From a bacterium (lineage in GTDB: Bacteria > SZUA-182 > DTGQ01 > JAFGSM01): DNA of 31,996 nucleotides. The notes beneath the pieces were generated by a model. It saw only the letters and a list, made by a program, of their open reading frames with translations, made no database searches and was not told where the DNA came from. The position numbers and the translations under genes were made by a program. Location of the stretch: NCBI GenBank assembly GCA_049472335.1, contig JBLIRO010000059.1, forward strand, positions 1 to 31,996. The letters are read 5' to 3'. Within the stretch, counting starts at the first letter, position 1. The number at the start of each line of letters is the position of its first letter. Of this stretch, positions 1 through 8,462 are shown piece by piece.

Positions 1-2
1 TT

Positions 3-1388
3 GATTATGTCCTAAGGGGTGATTCGACAGAGAAGCCGCTTCTGCAACTGATGGACTATATACGGACTGGAAAGGGGGACCTCGCACAGATTCCCAATCT
101 CACATGGAGAGACAGCGAGGGGAAAACCAGGGTCAACCCTCTTACCAATATTCTCCCTGACCTGAACAGCTTTGTAGTCGATTTTTCATATGTGATGAAA
201 AAGGTTATGCGCTACCGGGATCTAAAGGGTTACATCCCTTATTCAAACTGGCTGGAATACCCGGCAACAGCAGTGCTCAATGTCCGGGGATGCACTCATA
301 ACTGCAAGATTTGTGGCGGGTCCGCCTATTTTTTTAAGAAATCTGTAAACAGGCACAAACCTGCCTATAGGGAGCCTGAATTGCTGGCAGAGGAGATGGG
401 AAAGATTTCAGAGAACCTTAATACCCCTACAATGATCATAGGCGATATCCTTCAGAATGGCAGGGATTATGCTGTGAGGTTGCTTAAGGCCCTAAAGGAA
501 AAGGGAATAAAGAACCCGATCGGTTTTGAATTCTTCGTGCCTCCGCCTGACGATATACTCGAGATGATAGCCGGTTCCATCCCTCGATTCAATATAGAGA
601 TGTCCCCGGAATCTCATGATGAGGCCCTTCGCAGGTTTTTCGGCCGTCCCTATGGCAACGAGGAACTGGAGAGAATGATAGACAAGGCCCTCAATCTGGG
701 GTGTGAGAGGATCGACCTATTCTATATCATCGGGATACCAAAGCAGGATGTTAACTCCGTTAAGGGTACTGTGGAATATTGCAGGGAGCTTTATAAAAGA
801 TTCGCACATACAAAGAGACTCCTTTTGTTTATCTCTCCATACGCCCCATTCATAGACCCCGGCAGCGAGGCATATGAAAATCCGGAAAAGTTCGGATACA
901 AGATCTATTGCAAAACGGTTCAGGAACATAGAAAGGCCATGGAGCAGCCAAGCTGGAAACACATCCTGAGCTATGAAACGGAGTGGATGAGCAGGGACGA
1001 GATAGTGGAAAGCTCTTATGAGGCGGCCATAGAGCTGAACCGCATGAGGGCCGATTTTGGCCTGGCAAGCCGGCGCAAGGTGCTTAAGACAGAAAAAAGG
1101 ATGATGCAGGCCCGTGAAACGGTAAGTCTGATTGATGATATCATGAAGATTGAAGATGAGAGTGAGAGGGAAAGAGAACTCGATGCCCTGCGTTCAAAGG
1201 TCCATAAGCTGAGCGAAAATACCATCTGTGACAAGAAGGACCTGGAATGGCCGGTTAAGTTTATCCGCATGAGACTGGGATGGATCGTCAAGAATTGGTG
1301 GCATATAGAGGTAGTACACCGGTTTCAGGAACTATCAGCCCGTTTCAGGGGAAAATCAGCCAAAATAAGTCATCTGGCAAGAAAATAG
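3..1388 (+). CDS. B12-binding radical SAM protein (TIGR04190/Ta0216-like), 5'-truncated by window edge
   Basis: Frame is open from base 3 (DYVLRGDSTEKPLLQL before Met at 51). It shows the radical SAM motif RGCTHNCKICGGS, a 'YVLRGDSTE...IPNLTW' end of a cobalamin-binding domain, and 'PFIDPGS..YENPEKFGY...W..ILSYET.WM' segments. Confidence 0.8.
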   Translation, partial: DYVLRGDSTEKPLLQLMDYIRTGKGDLAQIPNLTWRDSEGKTRVNPLTNILPDLNSFVVDFSYVMKKVMRYRDLKGYIPYSNWLEYPATAVLNVRGCTHNCKICGGSAYFFKKSVNRHKPAYREPELLAEEMGKISENLNTPTMIIGDILQNGRDYAVRLLKALKEKGIKNPIGFEFFVPPPDDILEMIAGSIPRFNIEMSPESHDEALRRFFGRPYGNEELERMIDKALNLGCERIDLFYIIGIPKQDVNSVKGTVEYCRELYKRFAHTKRLLLFISPYAPFIDPGSEAYENPEKFGYKIYCKTVQEHRKAMEQPSWKHILSYETEWMSRDEIVESSYEAAIELNRMRADFGLASRRKVLKTEKRMMQARETVSLIDDIMKIEDESERERELDALRSKVHKLSENTICDKKDLEWPVKFIRMRLGWIVKNWWHIEVVHRFQELSARFRGKSAKISHLARK

Positions 1389-1433
1389 ATGATTTTAACA
1401 GATAATCCCTAATGAGCCGAGCTTCCTTTTATT

Positions 1434-3812
1434 CTAAAACTGAACCGCGACTTTTAATTCCGATTGTTCGTTTGTATTCTTAAATAGTATCCAGTATCCC
1501 TTGCCGGGTTCGAGGGCCTCATTCCCTTCAATCCTATCATAACCACTCCCTTTTTGATATCCATATATAACGGTAGCCTCAGGGAAGAGGGTTGATGATG
1601 TTGGATCTTCTGGTTCCACATTCAGTGATATCATGCTCCAGCCTGCGGGCAGATTCATTTGAAGGCCTTGGCACTGATTGGTCGGATCGTAAAAATCCGG
1701 GCAGTTGTCACAGACATCGCCGATACCATCTTCATCCTTGTCTTCCTGCCAAATATTGTAATCGTCAGGACAATTATCTATCAGATCGGGTGTCAGATCG
1801 CCATCTTTATCTGTAGGGATCCCGACAGCAAAGATGGAAAAGTGATCAGTGCAGGCGCAGACAATGTTGATTGCCGTGTCCACCGGTATCGGCGGATCGC
1901 ATGCCAGTAACTGGCAGGTTCCCAGATTATCACAACGTACCATATTCAGGTTAAGCTCTTGAACTATAGTCAATCCTGTATCATCATAGGAGATACAGAT
2001 TTGTGCCTCACCTTCAAAAGTGGCATCCGTGGTGATCTCGACGCAAAACGGAGAATAAGGGGCAAGGGTTATACCCTCAGGCGGAGATTCACAATCTTCA
2101 ACAGTGATTGAGGTATTCCCACCGCCAGTCACAACAGGAAAGGTGAGTGTTACTTCGCCGGTGTCGTTTTGAACGGATACATTATTTCCTGTTGGTGTAT
2201 CACAATCCCAAATCGATGGGTTGTTGTCATCGCAGTCATCAGCAGGTGTAAGACAAGAGCCGGGAGCGTAATGGCCGTCCCCGTCAGCATCTGTTGAAAG
2301 ACCGTCGTCTATAAAGGTATCGCAATCATTGTCCTTGCCGTCACATATCTCCGTAGCTCCCGGATATATGGTGTTGTCACTATCATTGCAGTCATCGGCA
2401 GGTGTAAAACAGGAGCCAGGGAGGTAATGGCCGTCTCCGTCAGCATCTGTTGAAAGACCTTCATCTATAAGGGTATCGCAATCATTGTCCTTACCGTCAC
2501 ATATCTCCGTAGCTCCCAGATATATAGTGTTGTCACTGTCATTGCAGTCATCAGCAGGTGTAACGCAGGATCCCGGTGTATAATGACCATCTCCATCAGC
2601 ATCGATAGCTACAATAAATTCATAAGCTCCCATATCATGTTCATTACAGGGTCTGCTATTTCCTTCAATATCATTAGCAGGCGCTCCTGAGCCGGTTCCG
2701 GCATCGATACAGGGTGAGCCAGATTGAAGATGGTAATTATCAGCATCCGGATTGACAAACATGGGATTTTGATTTATGTTTCCTGTACCAGAATAGCCTC
2801 CCTGGATATCGGAATATGTGACTATTGGATTACTGCTGTAACCGTATTTATAAATTTCCGAGCCGGAATCATTCCAGAGTATACAATTGGTTATCGTGGG
2901 AGAGGAGTAGGAGCAATAGATCCCTCCACCGTTTGTGCCATCCGTGTTCTCACTAATGGTGCAGTTGATCAATGTGGGTGAGTCGTGAAGACAATTCATC
3001 CCGCCTCCCCATCTGCCAGCCGTATTGCCAATAATTATGCAGTTGGTTATTATCAGGGAGGAAGAGGAAGAATCAATCCCTCCGCCATCATAGGTCGCAA
3101 TATTGTCTTTAATGATACAGCCGGTTATCGTTGACGAGGACTCATGACAGGTGATCCCGGCACCTCCGTTAGATGTATTTTCACTAATAGTGCAATTGGT
3201 AATGGTAGGAGAAGAACTGTTGCAAATAATCCCCCCGCCAGCCCCATCAGCGCTGTTTCTACTGATAATGCAATTGATTATTTGGGGCGAGGAGGAAGCC
3301 CAACAACCAATCCCGCCTCCTCCTCCAAACTCGAGGCTATTAGAGCTATTGTCAGTAATTATACAATTCTTTATTGTGGGAGAAGCGCCTGAACAATCAA
3401 TTGCGCCACTACCTGTTAGGGATGATGCATTCTTAATAGTAAAACCATCCAAAACTGATAAATTATTCTCACCACTATGAAAATAAAATCCTCTGCCGCT
3501 GTTTTGACAATCTATTATGGTATTTTGCGCCCCGTTCTCTGAACGAACAGTAATACGCTTTCCCGCAAAATCAAGGTTTTTATTATTTGCTCCCGTATAA
3601 GTGCCGTTTCTTACTATGATTGTATCTCCATTTACTGCAGCGGTAATAGCAGGCTGTATAGAGCTAAAATTACCAGGCACATAATAAATGACAGCCTCGG
3701 CAACCGGTTTATAAAATGCCGTCATAAGACTCATAATGATCAAGATAGAAATACAACAAATAATACTTTCAATGAATTCGGATTGATAATCCTTTTTTGT
3801 ATTTCTTTTCAT
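1434..3812 (-). CDS. Secreted/surface protein: right-handed beta-helix (Pmp-like GGGI repeats), choice-of-anchor-like linker, MopE-like metal-binding repeats, TSP3 Ca-binding repeats, C-terminal 'LPAGWSMISL' domain
   Basis: ATG at 3812 follows GGAAAGGA and gives a hydrophobic signal ending in AEA. Repeats of 'GGGI.C..SSPTI.NC.I..N' are followed by 'YSDIQGGYSGTGNINQNPMF...YHLQSGSPCIDAG', three DADGDGH..EICDGKDNDCD units and 'DKDGD..PD..DNCP' TSP3 motifs. Confidence 0.8.
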   Translation of the reverse strand: MKRNTKKDYQSEFIESIICCISILIIMSLMTAFYKPVAEAVIYYVPGNFSSIQPAITAAVNGDTIIVRNGTYTGANNKNLDFAGKRITVRSENGAQNTIIDCQNSGRGFYFHSGENNLSVLDGFTIKNASSLTGSGAIDCSGASPTIKNCIITDNSSNSLEFGGGGGIGCWASSSPQIINCIISRNSADGAGGGIICNSSSPTITNCTISENTSNGGAGITCHESSSTITGCIIKDNIATYDGGGIDSSSSSLIITNCIIIGNTAGRWGGGMNCLHDSPTLINCTISENTDGTNGGGIYCSYSSPTITNCILWNDSGSEIYKYGYSSNPIVTYSDIQGGYSGTGNINQNPMFVNPDADNYHLQSGSPCIDAGTGSGAPANDIEGNSRPCNEHDMGAYEFIVAIDADGDGHYTPGSCVTPADDCNDSDNTIYLGATEICDGKDNDCDTLIDEGLSTDADGDGHYLPGSCFTPADDCNDSDNTIYPGATEICDGKDNDCDTFIDDGLSTDADGDGHYAPGSCLTPADDCDDNNPSIWDCDTPTGNNVSVQNDTGEVTLTFPVVTGGGNTSITVEDCESPPEGITLAPYSPFCVEITTDATFEGEAQICISYDDTGLTIVQELNLNMVRCDNLGTCQLLACDPPIPVDTAINIVCACTDHFSIFAVGIPTDKDGDLTPDLIDNCPDDYNIWQEDKDEDGIGDVCDNCPDFYDPTNQCQGLQMNLPAGWSMISLNVEPEDPTSSTLFPEATVIYGYQKGSGYDRIEGNEALEPGKGYWILFKNTNEQSELKVAVQF
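2200..2603 (-). repeat. Intragenic tandem repeat, 156 bp (52 aa) unit, ~2.6 copies
   Basis: Unit starts (DADGDGHY) at 2603, 2447 and 2291, exactly 156 bp apart; copies are highly similar at DNA level. Confidence 0.9.
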
Positions 3813-4071
3813 ATGACACCATCCTTTCCCCCCAAATAGGAACACAAGCCCCCTAAATAAATTCGTGGAAATTGATCTTGCTTCCCAGTGCAAGTCGAAA
3901 AGTGAAAGTGGTAACTTTTTCATTGACAAATATCTTTCAGAATAAATGTGTCTGAAAAAATAATTTATCCTCTGTTAATAAGCCTGACCAGAAATTTTAT
4001 TTGAAGATGTTTATGAAGAAAAATATGCGAAGTCTAAACTCGAGTGAAATAACCATTTTCTTCTAATTCAA

Positions 4072-4099
4072 ATTATACGGACTTTTTCGATCGTGTCAA
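4072..4099 (-). promoter_or_regulatory. Sigma-70 promoter for the secreted repeat protein
   Basis: Minus strand reads TTGACA-N16-TATAAT (both hexamers perfect consensus), ~260 bp upstream of ATG 3812. Confidence 0.7.
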
Positions 4100-4173
4100 G
4101 GAAAAAAAATGGTTTTATTTAACCATAAATCATGGAAAAACAGAAAATAAGATGGTTATTGAATTGATGACTG

Positions 4174-5487
4174 TTAAAGATCCATGTCTGTTTCAAGCTC
4201 GATCTGCATATTCCAGCGCTTAAAAAGCAAGAAACCAATTATAAGGATCAAGATGACCAGTGTGGCAAAAAGACCTTTCTTACGGATAATGAATTCCTCC
4301 TGCCTTCCATCAATAGAGGCATCAACCTTATTGGCAATTTCAAGCACTTCATTGGTATATTTGTTGATCTCTTCCAAATCCAGGGTATGACTGACAGGTA
4401 CGGCTTCAAGCAATAAGCGTCTGGCTGACTCTAGCTGATCTTTCTCGTCCAGAACATCCAAACCCGGATTTATCTCTATGTTTATTGCCTTTTCCCAAGC
4501 CTCATCCACCCTCTTTTCCGAGACAATAAAAGCTGTTTTGATTTCCTGCCCGAGATTATAGTACTTATGGTTTATGTTATGACAATATCCACAGTGGTTT
4601 TTTTCTGTTCCGTCATATAATGCCATTGTGGGATAAAGGATATCGTGATATGCATGGCAGTCTATACAACGTGGTGATCCCTTGGCTTCCAATTGTTCAA
4701 AATGACCGCTTTTTTCAAAATATTCCTGTGTGGTGGTGTGGCAGTTTCCACATACATTGGCCACTTCTGTAACACCGGCAGGAGTTGCACCATGAATACC
4801 ATGACACTCCGGACAGGAAGGAACAAGGGAAGGGTTTTTGTCCGGGATCTTATTGTATAGTATCTGTCCATGATAACTTAATTTGTAAAGCTTTAGTTGG
4901 TCACTGCGCAGATCATATAACTTCATCTTTTCCGTGTCTGAGTGACAGGAAGCACATGTCTCGGCAACCTTCTGATGATGGGCAAGAGAACTGAGATCTG
5001 TGTGCCTTCTGATCTCGTGTCTGCCATGGCAGTCTGTACATGTAGCAACATTTTTATCCCCTTCCTCCAGAAGGCTGCGGCCGTGAATGCTTGTTTTATA
5101 GAGTGAAAGCTGGTCTGTCCTCTTGTTGAACTGCCTCATCCATGTCGGATTGGAGTGACATCTGGCGCAAAATTCCGGGATCTGTGTCCTGGACGGCGCA
5201 CCTCTAAAACCATTGCTTTTTTCATGTGGACGATTGAAAGATGTGGGATCCCCTCCATGGCATCCTGAACACGTAACATTGCTCTCCCCGTGTACACTTA
5301 TGCGCCATTGCTCGATCCATTCAGCCGCTTTTTTGCCCAGATCTTTGTGACATATATAACAGGTATTGGAGGATTTTTTTCTTGTCCTGGCCAGGGTTAA
5401 AGACGAACAAATCCATTGGATGAAGAACAGGAAAAGAAAAAGGTAAAGGATTTTAAATATAAGATTTCTTTTAGATAAGTTAAACAT
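4174..5487 (-). CDS. Periplasmic nonaheme cytochrome c with C-terminal membrane anchor; third gene of the Rieske/cyt b operon
   Basis: N-terminal signal peptide, 9 CxxCH motifs (CYICH, CSGCH, CARCH, CTDCH, CASCH, CPECH, CGNCH, CIDCH, CGYCH), a helical stalk and a C-terminal TM (GLFATLVILILIIGFLLF); starts 3 bp after the cyt b stop. Confidence 0.9.
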   Translation of the reverse strand: MFNLSKRNLIFKILYLFLFLFFIQWICSSLTLARTRKKSSNTCYICHKDLGKKAAEWIEQWRISVHGESNVTCSGCHGGDPTSFNRPHEKSNGFRGAPSRTQIPEFCARCHSNPTWMRQFNKRTDQLSLYKTSIHGRSLLEEGDKNVATCTDCHGRHEIRRHTDLSSLAHHQKVAETCASCHSDTEKMKLYDLRSDQLKLYKLSYHGQILYNKIPDKNPSLVPSCPECHGIHGATPAGVTEVANVCGNCHTTTQEYFEKSGHFEQLEAKGSPRCIDCHAYHDILYPTMALYDGTEKNHCGYCHNINHKYYNLGQEIKTAFIVSEKRVDEAWEKAINIEINPGLDVLDEKDQLESARRLLLEAVPVSHTLDLEEINKYTNEVLEIANKVDASIDGRQEEFIIRKKGLFATLVILILIIGFLLFKRWNMQIELETDMDL

Positions 5488-5490
5488 TTT

Positions 5491-6594
5491 TTATATATAT
5501 TTCCCTAAAATGGTTAACAATAAGAAACCTACTATTGTCAAGGTTCCGAACACCATTGATAAAGGCCTTCTCTTCGGACTTCTTATTTTAGAGGTATCCA
5601 GGAACGGGACTATGAAGAGGAATATGACAATAGCAATCTGAATAAAAACCCCGATAAGCTTTGGGGCCCATCCGCCGAGGAATTCGAGTTTACCTGCAAG
5701 GGCCAGAACTGAATACGAGGCCAGGAAATACCACTCCGGTTTGACATTCGCGGGGGTATTAAACGGATCCGCCTTTGTATGTATAGGAGCAGGGAAGAGG
5801 GTCGCAAGGGATAGAAGCAATCCGAACATTACTAATATAACGATAAAGTGTGCAAGAAGGTCCTTTGGAATAAGATATTTTCTGATTGTAAAAAGATGAA
5901 AGATCAACAAGATTGAAACCAGCATGGGTACAACCACAACATGAAGCGCATAAAATCTGGATAAAGTGACTTGAGAGACATCTTCTCCTCCGCGTGCTAT
6001 CATCTTTAGATAATTTCCTATTACGGGTATTACGGCCGCGGATTCAGTGACAACAGTTGTTGCCCAGTATGATATCTGGTTCCAGGGCAACAGATATCCG
6101 GTAAGTCCGAACAGAAGTGTCAGGATTAAAAGAATGACTCCGGAGATCCATGCAAGTTCCCGTGGTGTCTTATATCCCCCATAAATGAAGGTCTGAATCA
6201 TATGAAGAAAGACAAATAGTATCATCAAGTGTGAACCCCAGAAATGAACACCCCTGATGAGCCAGCCAAAATGAATATTATTCGTAATATACCGGACGTT
6301 TCTATATGCTTCCGCAGTTGTCGGATGATAATAAAGCATAAGCAAGATTCCGGTTAATATTTCACAGATAAATAAAAACAGGGCGATCCAACCGGGCAAT
6401 GTCCGGATATGTAGCTTTTTTTGAGGTTCGACATTCTTCTTAATTTTATTGGCGACCCCTGATAATCCAAGCCTCTTATCAATTATTTCATTATAAAAAC
6501 CGTCTGCTGAAAACCACCTCATAAGGCCCTTTATTCCCAGGGGATTATTCTTTATGTTATTAATCGGTTCCTTTTGATTTGTCTGAACAGGCAT
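5491..6594 (-). CDS. petB: Cytochrome b6-type subunit fused to subunit IV (Rieske/cyt b complex)
   Basis: Heme b ligands in 'RGVHFWGSHLMILFVFLHM' and 'YALH-x14-H'; also 'TGYLLPWNQISYWA', 'TLSRFYALH' and the Qo motif 'ADPFNTPANVKPEWY'. Confidence 0.92.
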   Translation of the reverse strand: MPVQTNQKEPINNIKNNPLGIKGLMRWFSADGFYNEIIDKRLGLSGVANKIKKNVEPQKKLHIRTLPGWIALFLFICEILTGILLMLYYHPTTAEAYRNVRYITNNIHFGWLIRGVHFWGSHLMILFVFLHMIQTFIYGGYKTPRELAWISGVILLILTLLFGLTGYLLPWNQISYWATTVVTESAAVIPVIGNYLKMIARGGEDVSQVTLSRFYALHVVVVPMLVSILLIFHLFTIRKYLIPKDLLAHFIVILVMFGLLLSLATLFPAPIHTKADPFNTPANVKPEWYFLASYSVLALAGKLEFLGGWAPKLIGVFIQIAIVIFLFIVPFLDTSKIRSPKRRPLSMVFGTLTIVGFLLLTILGKYI

Positions 6595-6596
6595 TT

Positions 6597-7079
6597 TTAA
6601 ACCTCTTCTACGATGATTTGTTCATTTATAAGATTAGCCTTAAGAGTGAATAGAGGTTTGGGAGCAGGCCCTGATTTGACATTTCCATTAGTGTCATATT
6701 TGGCCATATGACATGGGCAAAAGAGTTCCTCTTTGTCTGGGTCCCACTTCACTATGCACCCCAGATGCGTACAAACGGCAGAGAGGGCGTTAATCTCATT
6801 CCCTCTGTTAACAATAATTATTGGTCGGCCTTTAAATTTTGTGATCAAGGACTTGCCTTGCGGAATCTGTGCAATTGGGATAGTAAGTATATTCGGATCA
6901 ATAAAGGTTTTACTCGGAGGTATGAGAAATTTAATTATAGGATAGAAAAACCAGCTAATAAGGGCCAACAATATGGTTGTAAGTGAGAAGTTGAGAAAAA
7001 ATCTCCTTGTAGCCACAAGCTTTTCTTTTACTTCTCTGGCTGACATCTTCGACCTCGCATATTGGTTCGCATCTTTCAA
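6597..7079 (-). CDS. petC: Rieske [2Fe-2S] subunit of Rieske/cyt b complex
   Basis: Tat-like 'TRRFFL' plus TM helix; boxes CTHLGC and CPCH; 'GPAPKPL'; TTG start preceded by AGAGG. Confidence 0.92.
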   Translation of the reverse strand: MKDANQYARSKMSAREVKEKLVATRRFFLNFSLTTILLALISWFFYPIIKFLIPPSKTFIDPNILTIPIAQIPQGKSLITKFKGRPIIIVNRGNEINALSAVCTHLGCIVKWDPDKEELFCPCHMAKYDTNGNVKSGPAPKPLFTLKANLINEQIIVEEV

Positions 7080-7136
7080 TAACCTCTATTTGTATTTTGA
7101 ATTAAAGATTTTTAAAAAATTTTTAAGCTATTCACT

Positions 7137-7164
7137 TTATCGGTAAAAGGATTTAAAAACTTTA
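7137..7164 (-). promoter_or_regulatory. Putative sigma-28 (FliA/SigD)-type promoter upstream of the Rieske operon
   Basis: Minus strand TAAAGTTT-N12-ACCGATAA versus consensus TAAAGTTT-N11-GCCGATAA; ~55 bp upstream of the Rieske start. Confidence 0.5.
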
Positions 7165-7335
7165 TTCAAATATATATCACATAAAGCTTTAAAAATTTTG
7201 AACCCCTCGATCATGATCTGCCTTTCCTTTTTAACCGATAATAAAATAGAAAATTTTTAAATTCATAATTAATAATAAGCTCCCTTTTTTAATTTTTTTA
7301 AGAAACATCCATAAGATTTTAATAAGGAGGAAGAG

Positions 7336-8412
7336 ATGGCAAAGATAGATGCCTTTTTTAAGCTGATGAGAGAACAAGGGGCTTCGGATCTTCATCTGGT
7401 TGCAGGTTCCCAACCTATACTCAGGGTTATGGGAGCTATGGAGAGAGTTAAATATGATATTTTGGATAATGATTCCCTCAGAGCAATGCTTTATGAGATC
7501 GCACCCGAAGACAAGGTAAAGCTTTTTGAGGAAAAAGGGGATATAGATTTTTCGTATGAGGTTCCTGGGTTAGCCAGATACAGGGCCAATTTCTTTATGC
7601 AGAGAAAAGGAATCGGTGCCGTTTTCAGAGAGATCCCGGAAACCATTCTCACTATTGACGATCTTGGTTTGCCCCCGGTTCTGAGGAAACTTGCCTTGCT
7701 GCCGCAAGGATTGGTATTGGTTACCGGTCCCACAGGAAGCGGAAAATCAACTACCCTTGCTGCAATAATCGACCATGCAAACAGGAATAGAAGAGATCAC
7801 ATAATTACCATTGAGGACCCTATAGAATTTGTCCATGAGAGCAAGGGATGCATAATCAACCATCGTGAGGTCGGGAGCCATACCAAGTCTTTTAGCGCCG
7901 CTTTAAGGGGCGCGCTGCGTGAAGATCCTGACATTATACTGGTTGGGGAAATGAGGGACCTTGAAACAATAAATCTGGCATTGGAAGCCGCTGCCACAGG
8001 GCATCTGGTGTTTGGCACCCTTCATACTCAGAGCGCTGCGAAAACCGTCGACAGGGTGATTGATGTTTTTCCCGCAAATCAACAGGAAAAGGTGAGGACA
8101 ACACTCTCAGAATCATTAAAGGCGGTTATCTCTCAGACCCTTTTTAAAAGGGTGGATGTCAAAGGAAGGGTTGCTGCCATAGAGGTCCTCATATGTACCT
8201 ATGCGGTTGGAAACCTTATTCGTGAAGGAAAGACCTTTCAGCTTCCATCTGTTATGCAGACAGGAAAACAATATGGGATGCAGGTTTTGGATGATGCCAT
8301 AATGGGGCTTCTGCAAAAAAGGATGATAAGTCCCTATGATGCCTATACAAAATGTGTTGATAAACAAAAATTTGTGCCTTTTCTAAAAAGGGCTCCGGAC
8401 ATAATGATTTAG
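7336..8412 (+). CDS. pilT: Type IV pilus retraction ATPase PilT
   Basis: 'GASDLHL', Walker A GPTGSGKSTT, Asp box TIEDPIE, Walker B 'ALREDPDIILVGEMRD', His box 'TGHLVFGTLHT', AIRNLIRE-like 'AVGNLIRE'; RBS AAGGAGG. Confidence 0.95.
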   Translation: MAKIDAFFKLMREQGASDLHLVAGSQPILRVMGAMERVKYDILDNDSLRAMLYEIAPEDKVKLFEEKGDIDFSYEVPGLARYRANFFMQRKGIGAVFREIPETILTIDDLGLPPVLRKLALLPQGLVLVTGPTGSGKSTTLAAIIDHANRNRRDHIITIEDPIEFVHESKGCIINHREVGSHTKSFSAALRGALREDPDIILVGEMRDLETINLALEAAATGHLVFGTLHTQSAAKTVDRVIDVFPANQQEKVRTTLSESLKAVISQTLFKRVDVKGRVAAIEVLICTYAVGNLIREGKTFQLPSVMQTGKQYGMQVLDDAIMGLLQKRMISPYDAYTKCVDKQKFVPFLKRAPDIMI

Positions 8413-8462
8413 GAATTTATAGAATTTGGATTAACCCATTTGGAGCTTAAAAGGAGTGATAA

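Noticed and set aside
2200..2603. Possible CRISPR-like or mobile repeat array
   Set aside because: Repeats are in frame, 156 bp long, lack unique spacers and encode a protein motif. No CRISPR array, tRNA or rRNA was recognised anywhere in the window.
3813..3929. Upstream TTG start of the 831 aa ORF
   Set aside because: RBS and signal peptide fit ATG 3812; the extension looks non-coding.
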